The translations under genes and the position numbers were made by a program. From positions 1 through 35,306 of IMG/VR virus record IMGVR_UViG_3300010151_000055: a stretch of 35,306 bases of DNA, one strand, 5' to 3'. The notes under the pieces were generated by a model. The model was not told the DNA's origin and ran no database searches. It saw only the letters and a program-made list of their open reading frames with translations. The first letter of the stretch is position 1, and every line of letters begins with the position of its first letter. This document shows positions 16,885-28,100 of the stretch, one piece after another. Source of the DNA: a virus. Taxonomy: Duplodnaviria > Caudoviricetes.

Positions 16885-17483
16885 CACTACTTCACAAGAT
16901 ACGACCGGGAGACCCGCTTAGGGCTATTGAGGTTAACCAGAACTTTCGCACTAGCCTTAGAGACAAGTCTAAATCGTTAGAGAACAGAGACATCGTTGAG
17001 GGTTCTTTAGACACAAGGCACCTATCGGCTCAGCCATACCCATTTAGAGAGCCGTCGCACCACTTCACGAGCGACCTAGTTCCCCCAGGCACCGTGTCAC
17101 CATCTCCCCTCTACCCGCTTGGTGGGTATGGGCCGTCAAACATCACGTGGCTAAACGCACAGTTCAACCTGTATAACGGAGGTGCGTTTTACATGGTTGG
17201 GAGTGCGCGTGTTGTTGGACACGCTAGTAACTCTGGGGTAGCCCACCTGAAGATAATATCTGCTGGTTCTCAGATAGGGTACGACATCATAACAACCGTT
17301 AGCGCTGGTGAAGTGGCGACAATACCAATCATGTGGGCTGGTGAGTGGTATGACCCATCAAACTCAACCTCTCTTCCAGGCAAATTTTCAGTAGAGATAC
17401 AGGCAACGTCTGGTGGCTCTCCAGGCTCAAGCGAGGTTATGTTCTCTCACTGTGCAGTAGATATGTTTGTGATACACGTATAG
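16881..17483 (+). CDS. Small tail/fibre-like protein, paralog 2
   Basis: IRPGDPLRAIEVNQNF; ATGA overlap with the upstream gene. Confidence 0.65.
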   Translation: MTLLHKIRPGDPLRAIEVNQNFRTSLRDKSKSLENRDIVEGSLDTRHLSAQPYPFREPSHHFTSDLVPPGTVSPSPLYPLGGYGPSNITWLNAQFNLYNGGAFYMVGSARVVGHASNSGVAHLKIISAGSQIGYDIITTVSAGEVATIPIMWAGEWYDPSNSTSLPGKFSVEIQATSGGSPGSSEVMFSHCAVDMFVIHV

Positions 17484-18230
17484 ATGGCTGCTTATCACCC
17501 AACACCCATAAACGACGGCGACCCATTCGACCCATTGGTTGTTAGGGACAACTTCGACAGGTTGTCCAGCGCAATAAACTGCGACTTAAATGAGAACAAC
17601 CTGTTGAGTGGAAGACGGCTGGAGCACAGGTCTTTCCATAAGAACTCTGTTAGCAGTGTGTTCACGAACTCAAGTTCAGACACTGCCGTATTCATGCTGT
17701 TCCCAAGGGGAGAGACCTTATACGGCGAGAGCACAAATGAGTACGACGTGGATGATTGTGCCCTTAGGTTTTATCTGCACGAGCAGTCAGACCTGTTCTT
17801 CTTTGCAAATATCCAAATCAACTCTGGTATGCACAACTGGAAGTCGTTGAGCAGTATTGGGTATTCTGCTTCAGACTTGCAGGTGCGACTGTGGGCTGCG
17901 ATGTACTTTGACGGTGCAAAGCAGCACCATCAGAACACCACTCCAGTGGTAGACCAAACGTCGCTTAGGGTGCTTAACGACATCAACGTACATGCAGATG
18001 TCTCTCCTATGAGTAATGACGACCGTGGTTCAGGGTTCTTTATTCATGGAACAAGGCTCTCTGTTCCAGCAGGAGCGCACACCATCAAGGCAAAGCTTAT
18101 TTTTGATTGTACTGGAGGCACAGGAAGTTTGTACAATCCGACTCCACACGTCACAAATGACGGGTGTGCATCTCAGTATTACAGCAAATACAGGTCAATA
18201 ACTGTTATAGCTAATCACGTCCTGTCTTAG
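17484..18230 (+). CDS. Small tail/fibre-like protein, paralog 3
   Basis: INDGDPFDPLVVRDNF; abuts the upstream stop codon. Confidence 0.65.
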   Translation: MAAYHPTPINDGDPFDPLVVRDNFDRLSSAINCDLNENNLLSGRRLEHRSFHKNSVSSVFTNSSSDTAVFMLFPRGETLYGESTNEYDVDDCALRFYLHEQSDLFFFANIQINSGMHNWKSLSSIGYSASDLQVRLWAAMYFDGAKQHHQNTTPVVDQTSLRVLNDINVHADVSPMSNDDRGSGFFIHGTRLSVPAGAHTIKAKLIFDCTGGTGSLYNPTPHVTNDGCASQYYSKYRSITVIANHVLS

Positions 18231-18240
18231 GAGGAACTCA

Positions 18241-18813
18241 ATGGCAAGCTACGCTAGTGCAATAGACGGCAGAGACGACTTCTACAATAGGCCAAACGAG
18301 TGGCGTGCTGTTGTAGACCCAGAAGTTACGTCCTTCGCTAGGGCAAGGACTAACCTAGATAGGGCTCCCCTGGTCTCTGGAGAGAGTGGAGTTTTTGACT
18401 CTCCTAACTTTGACTCAGACGTGTACAGCCTTAGTCAGGTACTTAATCCAGTTAATAGGGCGAGGGAGGCTGGGGCCGCATCTGCGGGCATTGTTGGCAA
18501 CAACCAGTTGCAGATGTATGCGGATAGAGAGCGAGGCATGAGGCAGATACGGGATGCTGATAGAAGGCGACGTATGGCTGAGGCCAATGCCAAGAGAGAG
18601 GCAGCGTCTAGTTGGCTTAACCTTGGGGCAAAGCTTGGTGGAGACCTGTGGCAAAACTTAGAAATGGATGAGGACCTTGAGTTCACTCCTGAGGACGGTC
18701 CTTATGAAGATAAGCAGCGTTACGGGATGGCTGGAATTGTGCAGTCGTTAGAGGAAACTGGTGGCCCCAAAGACCAGGCGTTTGCCCAGGTCCTTAGAGA
18801 CTTGTTTGGCTAG
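18241..18813 (+). CDS. Probable internal virion (ejection) protein
   Basis: AGGAGG RBS; helical and Ala/Arg/Asp-rich; follows the tail genes as ejection genes do in podoviruses. Confidence 0.6.
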   Translation: MASYASAIDGRDDFYNRPNEWRAVVDPEVTSFARARTNLDRAPLVSGESGVFDSPNFDSDVYSLSQVLNPVNRAREAGAASAGIVGNNQLQMYADRERGMRQIRDADRRRRMAEANAKREAASSWLNLGAKLGGDLWQNLEMDEDLEFTPEDGPYEDKQRYGMAGIVQSLEETGGPKDQAFAQVLRDLFG

Positions 18814-18822
18814 GAGGAAGAT

Positions 18823-19596
18823 ATGACAGACAATTATCTTGAAACGGGGTTAGAGGCGCTAGTCGATACAGACCTATGGGGCTTTGGCAGTTCCTCTGGC
18901 GATGAGGCCCAGGACAGGGCTCTTTCAGAGGCTGGCGAGCCCATTGGCATCACTCCAGGCCAGGAAATGATGCAACTAGGTGAGTCTGGCGTTGGTCCTG
19001 CGTATGCTATTGGCTGGCCTGACAGCCTGGGCAACACTTGGTACGAAAGAGCCCTCATGGCTGTGAACGACCCAGGGAAATATAAAAGGCTCTATCAAGA
19101 CCCAGAGATGGATCGCTTTGCTAGTGAGATGCGGGGCAGGCAAAACATTCACAGGGAGTCGAGTGGTCGCGCAGCGGGGGCTAGGGGGAAACAGCTTTCA
19201 GCAGCGTCTGGTGGTGGTCCTGTAGCCGAAAACGCCCTTAGGTATACCTTTAGTGGGTCAACTCCTGGGGATAGGCAAAGGCGGGCCGAGTTTGATGCTG
19301 GTCTTACCCAACAGATAGACTACCGAAGAAACCAAGATTTCATGGATAAGGTTGGCACTGCACGAAGCCTCGATGAGGAAGGGCAATGGGCTGATAGCCT
19401 TATGACTGGTGTTCTTCAGGATGCTCTTACAGCAGGCGTTACTCAAAACCCATCAGCACTACTTGGGACACTTGGTCGTTTGGGTGGTCCAAGCTACAGC
19501 CAACAGGCATACGGTGGTTCGCAATACGACCCGTATGGTGGTGGTACAGGTGGCTACCAGGGAGCGCTAAGCAATCAGCAGGGAGTGGTTGTATAG
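18823..19596 (+). CDS. Probable internal virion (ejection) protein
   Basis: AGGAGG RBS; Gly/Gln/Tyr-rich C-terminus; no Cys. Confidence 0.6.
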   Translation: MTDNYLETGLEALVDTDLWGFGSSSGDEAQDRALSEAGEPIGITPGQEMMQLGESGVGPAYAIGWPDSLGNTWYERALMAVNDPGKYKRLYQDPEMDRFASEMRGRQNIHRESSGRAAGARGKQLSAASGGGPVAENALRYTFSGSTPGDRQRRAEFDAGLTQQIDYRRNQDFMDKVGTARSLDEEGQWADSLMTGVLQDALTAGVTQNPSALLGTLGRLGGPSYSQQAYGGSQYDPYGGGTGGYQGALSNQQGVVV

Positions 19597-22152
19597 ATGC
19601 CACTCACATACAACCCTTGGGCTGGTCTATATACCAGACCCACTCAAGAGCAGCGCCGTGCAGAGGGGGCGACCAACTTTGCTGACGCACTTTCCGACTC
19701 GTGGAAAGCGGGTGAGGATGCATATAACCGTCGATTAGAAAGACAGTTGGCTAGGGAGAAGCTTGCTGCATTCAAGTTCGCTCAAGCGCAGAAAGAGGCC
19801 AGCGAAGTTGAAAGCAACCTAGACCCAGGTACAGCGAGTGTCTTGGCCGAGTATGGTCTCACTGGTGGCGCAACACCTAGTCGCAAGGGCAGTCGTGGTG
19901 GCAGTCGTGGTGGCGGTGCAGGTGGTGGAGGAGTAGACCCAATAGCCTTTTCAGAGGCCCAGGAAGAGCTTCATCGCCGTGCGCGGGAGCGTGAAGATGC
20001 CCTTAGACGCGCTGGTGAGTTGAAGCAGAGGGCTTACGATGAGCATGAACAGAACATATTGTTCAACGACCCTGTGGCAGCGATTGAGGCACAGAAACTA
20101 GCCGATCAAAAGCAAGAAATATATGAGCGCAACCGCGATATAGAGTGGGCAGTTCGGGGTATAGGTAGGGGCGGCGAGTATTGGAACCCAGAGGGGATGG
20201 CACCTGGGGTAAAGCAGCGTGTTGATGAAATACTTAGCGCAAAGCGTCGAGGCGCTAATGTCGGACCTGAGGCAGAGGAGTTTCTTAGGAGGAGCTTAGC
20301 TGGTAAGGGTCGAGTTCAGCGAACCCCTGTATATAGGCAGCAGGGGCTTGTGCCGGGTGCAGGACCCGCTGTGGGCACTCCTGGGGTGCCTACAGAGCGA
20401 GAGCTAGCTGAGGCAGTCAGGGCGCTCAGAGCGCCCCCAGCCGAGGCGTCTTCTGAGTACGTTCGACCAACTGGCCTTGGTAGGGAGGAGTTCCCGGGAA
20501 GTAGGGGACGTAAGGCAGCAGACTATGCTCCTACAATGACGGTTGGTGGCGTTGAGTCTCCGCTAACCCGCGCCCTTAGAGAGCCGGTGCAAGACATAGG
20601 GGTCGGCTCTGAAGACATGACCGCTGTTCGTTCTGTACAGAACTTCCTCAAGGGCGCTGGGCACAAGGGAAAGAACAACAGAGACATCGTTGTGGACGGA
20701 GACTTTGGCGGCAACACAGTTCATGCACTTAAGCAGTTCCAGAAGAGCGAAGGCATAAGCGAAACAGGTGTTGTTGACGCGGCTACACGGTCTGCTATGG
20801 CTGGTGCTGAGACACCATCTCGGCTGAAGAAAGAAGCCCTTCCCTATCTCACAGATAGGCAGCGAATGAAGGTTGACCTGCATCCAGGCGTTGACTACCC
20901 AGCATCTGACTTCAGGGCTAAGAAGCCCGAGCCAGTTAGGGTTGAGATGAGGCCTAGCGACAAGGGTGCCGCAGAACGCAGAGCAACAGCAGCAACGAGT
21001 CGTGCTCTATCCATGCCTGAGGGCAGAAGGAACCCACTCACAGAAGCCCTTGGTCTTGACCCAGGTGTTGTGTACAGCCCGAAGAAGATTGGCCGAATGA
21101 TAACTATGGCTAAGAGGGGGCATAAGGATTCTCTTAACCAGCTTGCTCAGATGGGTGTTGACCCGAACGACCTAGACAGTCTGAGCGGCGATATGATGGA
21201 GTTCCAGCTTGAAGCAGCAAAGCTAACTCAAGAGGCGCAGTCAGCGGGAGACCTTGACACTGCCGAGTGGGGCGCGCTTGTGACTGGGTATGCCTCCTCA
21301 TTGAGCGACCTTGGCATACCACAGGCGCAACTGGAGAAGCTTTCTGAGGATATGGCTACAGTCGCGCTAACGAACCCAGAGAGAGCCAAGGAAATTATGC
21401 GCTCACTCGACCAAGCAATGCGGCGTGGCGGGGCTAGAGAGCAAGCTGCTGCGAGAATGGAACTACAGGAAGAAATACGAAGGACAGCGGCAACAGTTCG
21501 TAGGAAGGTCACGCACTCAACATCTGGGACTGACGAAGAGAAGAAGTACGAAATCGCAAGCGACGAAGTTGACAGCTTTCAAGACAACCTCACCAATGCT
21601 GAGAAGAGGTTTGACGCTTGGAAGAACTCTAGGAGAGACAAAACCGCCAGGAGACACAGGGATATACTGGATGCTCTTGCTGGTGGCATGGTTGGTGGTC
21701 CACTGGATAAGAACTCTGAAGAGTACAAGGCCCTTACGAAGGAACTTGCAAGGCTTGAAGAGCCGTTCAGGAGAGAAATAATATCTATAAGAGAGGACCT
21801 TAACAAAGCTAGGCATACACTCAGATACTACAGAGACCGACTTCCAGGCCAGATAACCCAAACTGATAAGCAGAAAGAGGCGGCAAGGAAGAAGGCTGAG
21901 GCAGAGAAGAAAGAGAAGGGAGCAGTTGCTGCCAAGGTAGTTAGTGGTGCTTTAAGCGATGATGAAGCCGAAGACAAAGCTGATGAGGTCTCTCTGAACG
22001 ACCTTATAAGGGCGATGAAAAAGAAGAAGAGACCACAAAGGGTTGGTCCGCCTGCCCCGCCGTCCAGCGAAGAGATTGCTGACTTCTTGAGTGCCCCGCC
22101 GTTCTACCGCGACAGGCAAGAGGTTTTAGAAGCCCTCGCCAGACTTGAGTAG
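19597..22152 (+). CDS. Probable ejection protein with a PG_binding_1-type peptidoglycan-binding domain
   Basis: VRSVQNFL...VDGDFGGNTVHALKQFQKSEGISETGVVDAAT at about 20596-20799; the rest is coiled-coil or low-complexity sequence. Confidence 0.75.
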   Translation: MPLTYNPWAGLYTRPTQEQRRAEGATNFADALSDSWKAGEDAYNRRLERQLAREKLAAFKFAQAQKEASEVESNLDPGTASVLAEYGLTGGATPSRKGSRGGSRGGGAGGGGVDPIAFSEAQEELHRRAREREDALRRAGELKQRAYDEHEQNILFNDPVAAIEAQKLADQKQEIYERNRDIEWAVRGIGRGGEYWNPEGMAPGVKQRVDEILSAKRRGANVGPEAEEFLRRSLAGKGRVQRTPVYRQQGLVPGAGPAVGTPGVPTERELAEAVRALRAPPAEASSEYVRPTGLGREEFPGSRGRKAADYAPTMTVGGVESPLTRALREPVQDIGVGSEDMTAVRSVQNFLKGAGHKGKNNRDIVVDGDFGGNTVHALKQFQKSEGISETGVVDAATRSAMAGAETPSRLKKEALPYLTDRQRMKVDLHPGVDYPASDFRAKKPEPVRVEMRPSDKGAAERRATAATSRALSMPEGRRNPLTEALGLDPGVVYSPKKIGRMITMAKRGHKDSLNQLAQMGVDPNDLDSLSGDMMEFQLEAAKLTQEAQSAGDLDTAEWGALVTGYASSLSDLGIPQAQLEKLSEDMATVALTNPERAKEIMRSLDQAMRRGGAREQAAARMELQEEIRRTAATVRRKVTHSTSGTDEEKKYEIASDEVDSFQDNLTNAEKRFDAWKNSRRDKTARRHRDILDALAGGMVGGPLDKNSEEYKALTKELARLEEPFRREIISIREDLNKARHTLRYYRDRLPGQITQTDKQKEAARKKAEAEKKEKGAVAAKVVSGALSDDEAEDKADEVSLNDLIRAMKKKKRPQRVGPPAPPSSEEIADFLSAPPFYRDRQEVLEALARLE

Positions 22153-22160
22153 GTGCCGCG

Positions 22161-25100
22161 TTGCCTACTGAAGAAACGGGTCTTGATTACATAGACACTG
22201 GTGAGCAGCCTCTGCCTGTTGAGGGTGGTGCGCCGCTTATTCCAGAAGACTTAGATGCGTACATAGATAGCAAGCTTGACTCTTTCTACGCTCAGAGGGA
22301 GATGGAGCCCGTTGATGTAGAGCCCGTTGATGTAGAGCCTCAGCCGCTACCAGAAGAGCCAGCCACTATTTCTCTTGAAGACCTTGATTCGCTATTTCAG
22401 CAGTTCATTACTGACAGAGAAAACGAAGCTGCTGGAGAAGGGGAAGAGGAAGAGGAAGAGGAAGCCTGGAAACAGGACATCTACATACCTGACCTCTCTG
22501 TTGAGTTCCCAGAGCACATGCTTGCGGGCACTGGTTATCAGAGCGATGCAGCAGTTCGTAACGCTTGGTACGAGACAGTAGACAACGTTAACGGCACAGA
22601 CGACATGAAGGAGAGGGCTGAGTACCTCAAGGAGTTCGTCACCAACTGGCAAGAGGATTTAGCCCAGGAGGCAATGGCAGCGGCTGGGGCAGAAGAAGAC
22701 TCAACTGGCTTCATGTGGTTGATGAAGTGGGTTGATATATTCTTCCAAGACCCGACCCTGAAGTCTGGCATTGCTGCAAGCAAAGATTTCGGCGAGCGGG
22801 CGCTTAAGCAGGTTGGCGACCAGGGGTTGTTTGCTGCCGCCCTTGACCATGCAACTGACCCTCGTGGGCACGCAACCCAGTTTGCTGCTGACATGGTTCG
22901 ACACTATGACCAAAAACATCATGGCTTCATGGGTCCGACAGGCGCACAGACCATGGAGGACCTTAATTGGCTTCTTGGTACAGGACCATCTGTTCTTTGG
23001 GACGATGCCTATAGAAAGCAGAGGCTTGATGCAGCAGAGGCAGTAGATGCCGGGGCTACGCCACTGCGAGATGCGTGGAACGAGATAACGTGGGCTGGGG
23101 CTGAGGCAGCATCAGGCCTTGGCTCTTTCACGCTTACTCCGACCGGCATGGGTTCTGTTGACATAGGTTACTCAGGTGGCGGGCTAAAGCCCCAAGACGA
23201 TGGAATAGACCTAAACCCAGCCCTTACAAGAGAGCGCGATTACGACAAAGCCATAGAACATACGTGGGAGGCAGCGGCAGGTATTGGTATCGGCGTAGTC
23301 AACCCATTCAACCTTGTTCCTCTTGGCGCAATGGTACGGGGTGGTCGTCTCTTAAAGCATGCTGGGGTGTCCCTGACCGATACAGGGAATGCGTTTAGGA
23401 GCACCCTTGTAGAGAGGTTGTTCAAAGAGCTTGAACTCTCTTCAGATATGACAGGCATGTCTGACGACCTTGCTAAGGAGACCAGTCAAGAGCTTCGTGC
23501 GATGGCTGAAGACATCGCTGATAGACAGCTTGTTGATGCAGTAGACACTGCTGGTCGTCACAACATCGTGCTTCGCGGAACAGACGAAACCATAAGCAGT
23601 CTTGATGCCCTTAGGAGACTGCTTGGTCATCAAGATGGGGAGAACGTGTGGGCTGCTGCGCTTAGGTCAGCAGAGAAGGAGGGCAAGGCACTTGATGACA
23701 TTGTGGTCAGGCCTAACCAGATTAGGTACGCAGATGACGGAACAATAAGAATTGCTGGCTACTCTGATTCGGCAGTAAAGAAGAACAAGGTTTCGCAGTT
23801 GTTTGGCGAGGATGGGCCATTTGTTCTTAGGTACGGAGATGACATCAAGCCAAGCAATCTAGACCCAGGCAAGGGCAGAATAACTAGGTGGAACGACGCT
23901 TCAATGACGCGTTGGGCTGCTAAGGCAATACATAAGCAGCCTTGGCTTGAGGCAGTACGCAGACGACTACCTGTTGTTGCCAGGGGTTCTCAGCCACTTG
24001 CGACAAAGCTTGGCACAAGGAAGTTTGCCTACAGGGCACACGTTGGAACCAACCCAGAGACCAATGAGGAGTTCGCCAGATACCTACATCCTGCTAGATG
24101 GGCGAAGTTACCAGAAGAGCAGCGAGAGTTCATGCATCAGCTTTCTCTGTCTGGTCAGAGGGGCAGAGAGCTTGAGTCAAAGATGAAGAACGTAACCAAC
24201 GACCCAGAGGAACTGGTGTTGGTTAGTGACTATCTGGAGATGGGTTGGGCTGATGAGCTTTCTACTGACCAGATTGAGCGTGTTGTTGGCATCAGGACTG
24301 CTGGTAAGGCAGTAGAAAAGCTTGAGGCTGGCGAGAAAATCCCAGGCTCTGTAGCTAGTAAGCAGTCGTTTGAGTCTCTTGAGAAGGCGCACACGCTCCT
24401 TAAGGAGAAGGGCGTTGAGCTAGAGACACTGAACAAGTTGCGAGAGGACTACATAGCGAACAGACCGATGCGCTCAGAGTTGCTAAAGCAGGCTGGTGCA
24501 GAGCTTAAAATCCTCAAAGGGCTAGAGGAAGAGCGTTTCAGAGACACGCTCACTAGGACGTATGAGCTTGGCGCTATAGCTGAGGCAGAAGCGTCTGGGA
24601 TGATAGAGAAGCTCAGCGACCTAAGGTCAGCGCGAGATGAGATAGACAAGTTGCTGAAGGCTGAGGTTCAGCCTGGGACACCCCTTGGGAGGGCGCTGGA
24701 CAACTTAATAGCAGAGGCCAAGGGACGTGGTTTCGATGTTGATGTCCTGAGAGAGGGTGTTGGTCCTACCGTCATGACCGACGAGGCTTTGAAGTCTTGG
24801 AGGCAGACAATACAAGATCAGGCTAAGGAGTCGGCAGAGGCCTCAGGCATAGGGCCGAAGGAGGTCAAGGATATTAGTGAGCTTCTTGATAGGCGCTCAG
24901 TTGTCTGGGGGGCTCTAAACAACAGTCGTCCAAACGAGTGGTACTGGCTAAAGTTTAAGGGGATAAGGTACGCAAAGCTTGCAGACACAGAGCTTCATGA
25001 GGCGATGCTTACTCATGCTACCGAGTACGCACCTGTGTTCTTCTCAGAGCTTATGCGTGTTGTTAAGCAACAGTACGAAGGCGTTGAGTGGGTAGATACA

Positions 25101-28100
25101 GAGCGCTTGTACAACACGCTTAAGAGGCACGGTGTTAAGGCAGACGAGATTGAGTACGGCGGTAGCCTTAGTGACTTGAAGGCTTGGCTGGACGGTGATG
25201 GAGTATCTGCCAAGTCTGCGGACTCTGCGTGGGGCAGAGAGAACAGCCGTCTGTTGTCGGAGCAGAGAGACGCAGACGCTGCCCTTTCAAGGGTCACTGT
25301 TGACGGCACTACGGAAGAGATTGAAACCGCAACAAGAAACCTTCGTGTCGTAAGAGACAGGCTCTCTAAGCACTCCAGGCGAGTTCACAAAGACGACTTG
25401 ATTAAGTTCTTTGACGAGCATGCTGTTGAGGTTGATTTCAAGGTGTCTGGTGAGGGGCGCACTTCTTGGGGTCTTAGTGAATACGACGAGGGCGGTGGCC
25501 TTGAGGTGTATGGGGGCACCGACTACAAAGAGGCGAAGATAGTCATAAAGAGGCCTGATGGCTTTACTGGCGGCACCTATCAGTCATCACACTTCCCAGA
25601 AGCAGACATACTTCTTCACATCAGGTTCAACACAAGAACCAGCGAAGATGGAAAGAAGGTTCTCTTCATAGAGGAGATGCAGTCCGACTGGCATCAGGAG
25701 GGGCGGGAGTATGGATACCGAGGCGCTGTTGATTTTGAGACAACGCCCCTGACCGAGCTTGAGGATGTTGTTTTTGCTGCAAACAAAGAATACGCAGATG
25801 CAGCGACTGGTTTGCTGCCTTTCGCTGATGAGTGGCCTGAGGTTTCTGTTGGTTCATGGTATGAAGACCCTGCTACTGCTGCCCATGTAGCCGACCTCTG
25901 GGGCGACTTAGGCTATCTGGGGGCGCGTCTCGCTGAATATGCTGGTCATCAACTCAAGGTGTTAAAGATAAGGCCCTATTGGTCGCCTAACAACCTTAGT
26001 CAGGTGCAGGTTGAGTCGTTGTTTGACAGCGGCTTCAGAGACCTGTGGCGAGCCATGTCTGTGGAAGGCAGGCGAGAGCTACTGAATAAAAACCTGATGT
26101 CTTTCGGCATCATAGACCAGGCTGGTGCAGCTAGGCCATACAGCGCATCAGAGCAGATGTCTGACGCTGGTATGAGGGCCATGTCTTCCAAGACGGCATA
26201 CGAAGATATGTACCAAGTCTTAGACGCCTTAGAACCTAGTCAAGTCGCCTCTGCAAGCCCTGTCTTCAATAGCGTGCTTGGAAGGGCAAAGAGAGCCATG
26301 CAGGGCCATGCTGTTGAGACTAGGAGGATAATAGACGACACAAACTGGGGTGATTATATAGACACCGGAGAGGGGGCTATTGAGATAGGTGGTGTTGGCG
26401 TCCCAGACGCACCATTCAAGGAGTCATGGCATCAGCTTGGGATGAAGCAGATGGTTCGCTATGCGGCAGAGAATGGGTTTGACCGCATAGGCTGGACAAC
26501 AGGGCATGAGCAGGCTGCTGTCAGGTATGGAACAAGAAAGACATACAAAGACAGCGTAGAGGCCTGGGGAACGTTCGTAGACGAAGACGGTGTAGAGAGG
26601 GCTCTCCTTGTTGGGAGAGAACACAAGGGTGGCGTGCCTATTGACGACATCCCTGGAGACCTTCCCGGCGACCTTAGGCACTACGAAAACAAGAAACACC
26701 TAGAGGCTGGCATTAGAAGGGCAGAGCGTAGTGCAGTATCAATGGGGCCTGAGCCAGGACGCCTGGGCGTTACTGAGGCTGTCAGGACACACATAAAGCT
26801 CCGCAAGCCACTAACCCTTGGCGGCAAGGGACACATAGAGTTCTATGACAACAAGCTGAAGAACTTCACCAACAAGAGATACAAGAGGTTCGGCGTTAAG
26901 GTTGGCGAGGACTCTATAGACCTGTCGGTGTACGCTAATAAGCTATCTGATGCTACGCAGTCTGCTCAGAGAGCGTCTGACATCCTCATTAGGGCGAGGG
27001 ATTCAATTCGCCCTCCCGGCCCTCATCCCAAGAGGTCTGGTCAGTCACAGGTAGACGCTGGCATTGAGGCGCTGCACCAGATGACTTCACCGCGATCTAA
27101 ATACGTATTGACGGAGCGGAGCATAGACGACTCTTATGTGCAAGAGCTAATAGAGCTTGTTGATACTTTCGACGTAAAGCCGTGGTTCATAAAGAACGGT
27201 CGCTTTGACACTAGCGACTCCTTAAATCACATAAATAGACTGGGACAACGACAAAGCGTAGGTATGCGTACTGCTGCTGGCGATGAGGTTCCGTTAGTTG
27301 TTACAGATAACGCGCAAAAGATGAAGATGCTGTGGGACGCAGTTGATGTAGAGTCTCGCATATCCTCTAGAGCCGAACTCGGGTTTGACAAAGCTCTTCG
27401 CAAAAGAGCCTACAAAAACATTCACGCAGACCCAGAGGACGCGGCAGTCATGCCAATGAAGTACGGCGGCACTGTCCCGTACCACGCTATTGACGTAACC
27501 CCTGAGCTTAAGGCTCATGTTCTTCGTAACGGTGAGGCACTGTTCCAGGGACCGAAGCGCTCTGCACCAGGGCAAGCGGGCGCACCAAAAGGCTGGCTAG
27601 AGAATGAGTTGGTAGAGCTAAAGTCTGTCGGCAAATCTCTTGGTGTTAGCGGAAGGATTTACACTGGCTCTGCTGCGCCTGAATACAGGTTCCACGTAGG
27701 CCCTTCAAAGATGACCATGAGCGGGGAGCTTGACACCCGCACAAAGGCATACCGGAGTGCCGAGGATGTGTCTGCTGAGCTTAGGTCTCTTGGGTTTGAG
27801 CCAGAGATTACGACGACATCTACGCTGACAAGACCACCGGGTTCAACGTCTAGCGTGACTCCGCGACTTGTTGTCTCTGTTCGTCCGAGAAGGCCAGAGC
27901 GCCTTGGAGTGCTGTCAGAAGAGGACTATAGAGAAGCCGCAAAGTGGAACAGGGACATACAGGTACGCCCAGACGCTGACGAGCTTTCAAGGCAAGCAAG
28001 GCTTAAAGAGCTTGAAGATGAGGACGTGTTCGACAGCCCAGAGTTCCAGCGTTGGTTTGGCGACTCAAAGGTTGTCGATGAGGCTGGCAAGCCGTTGAGG

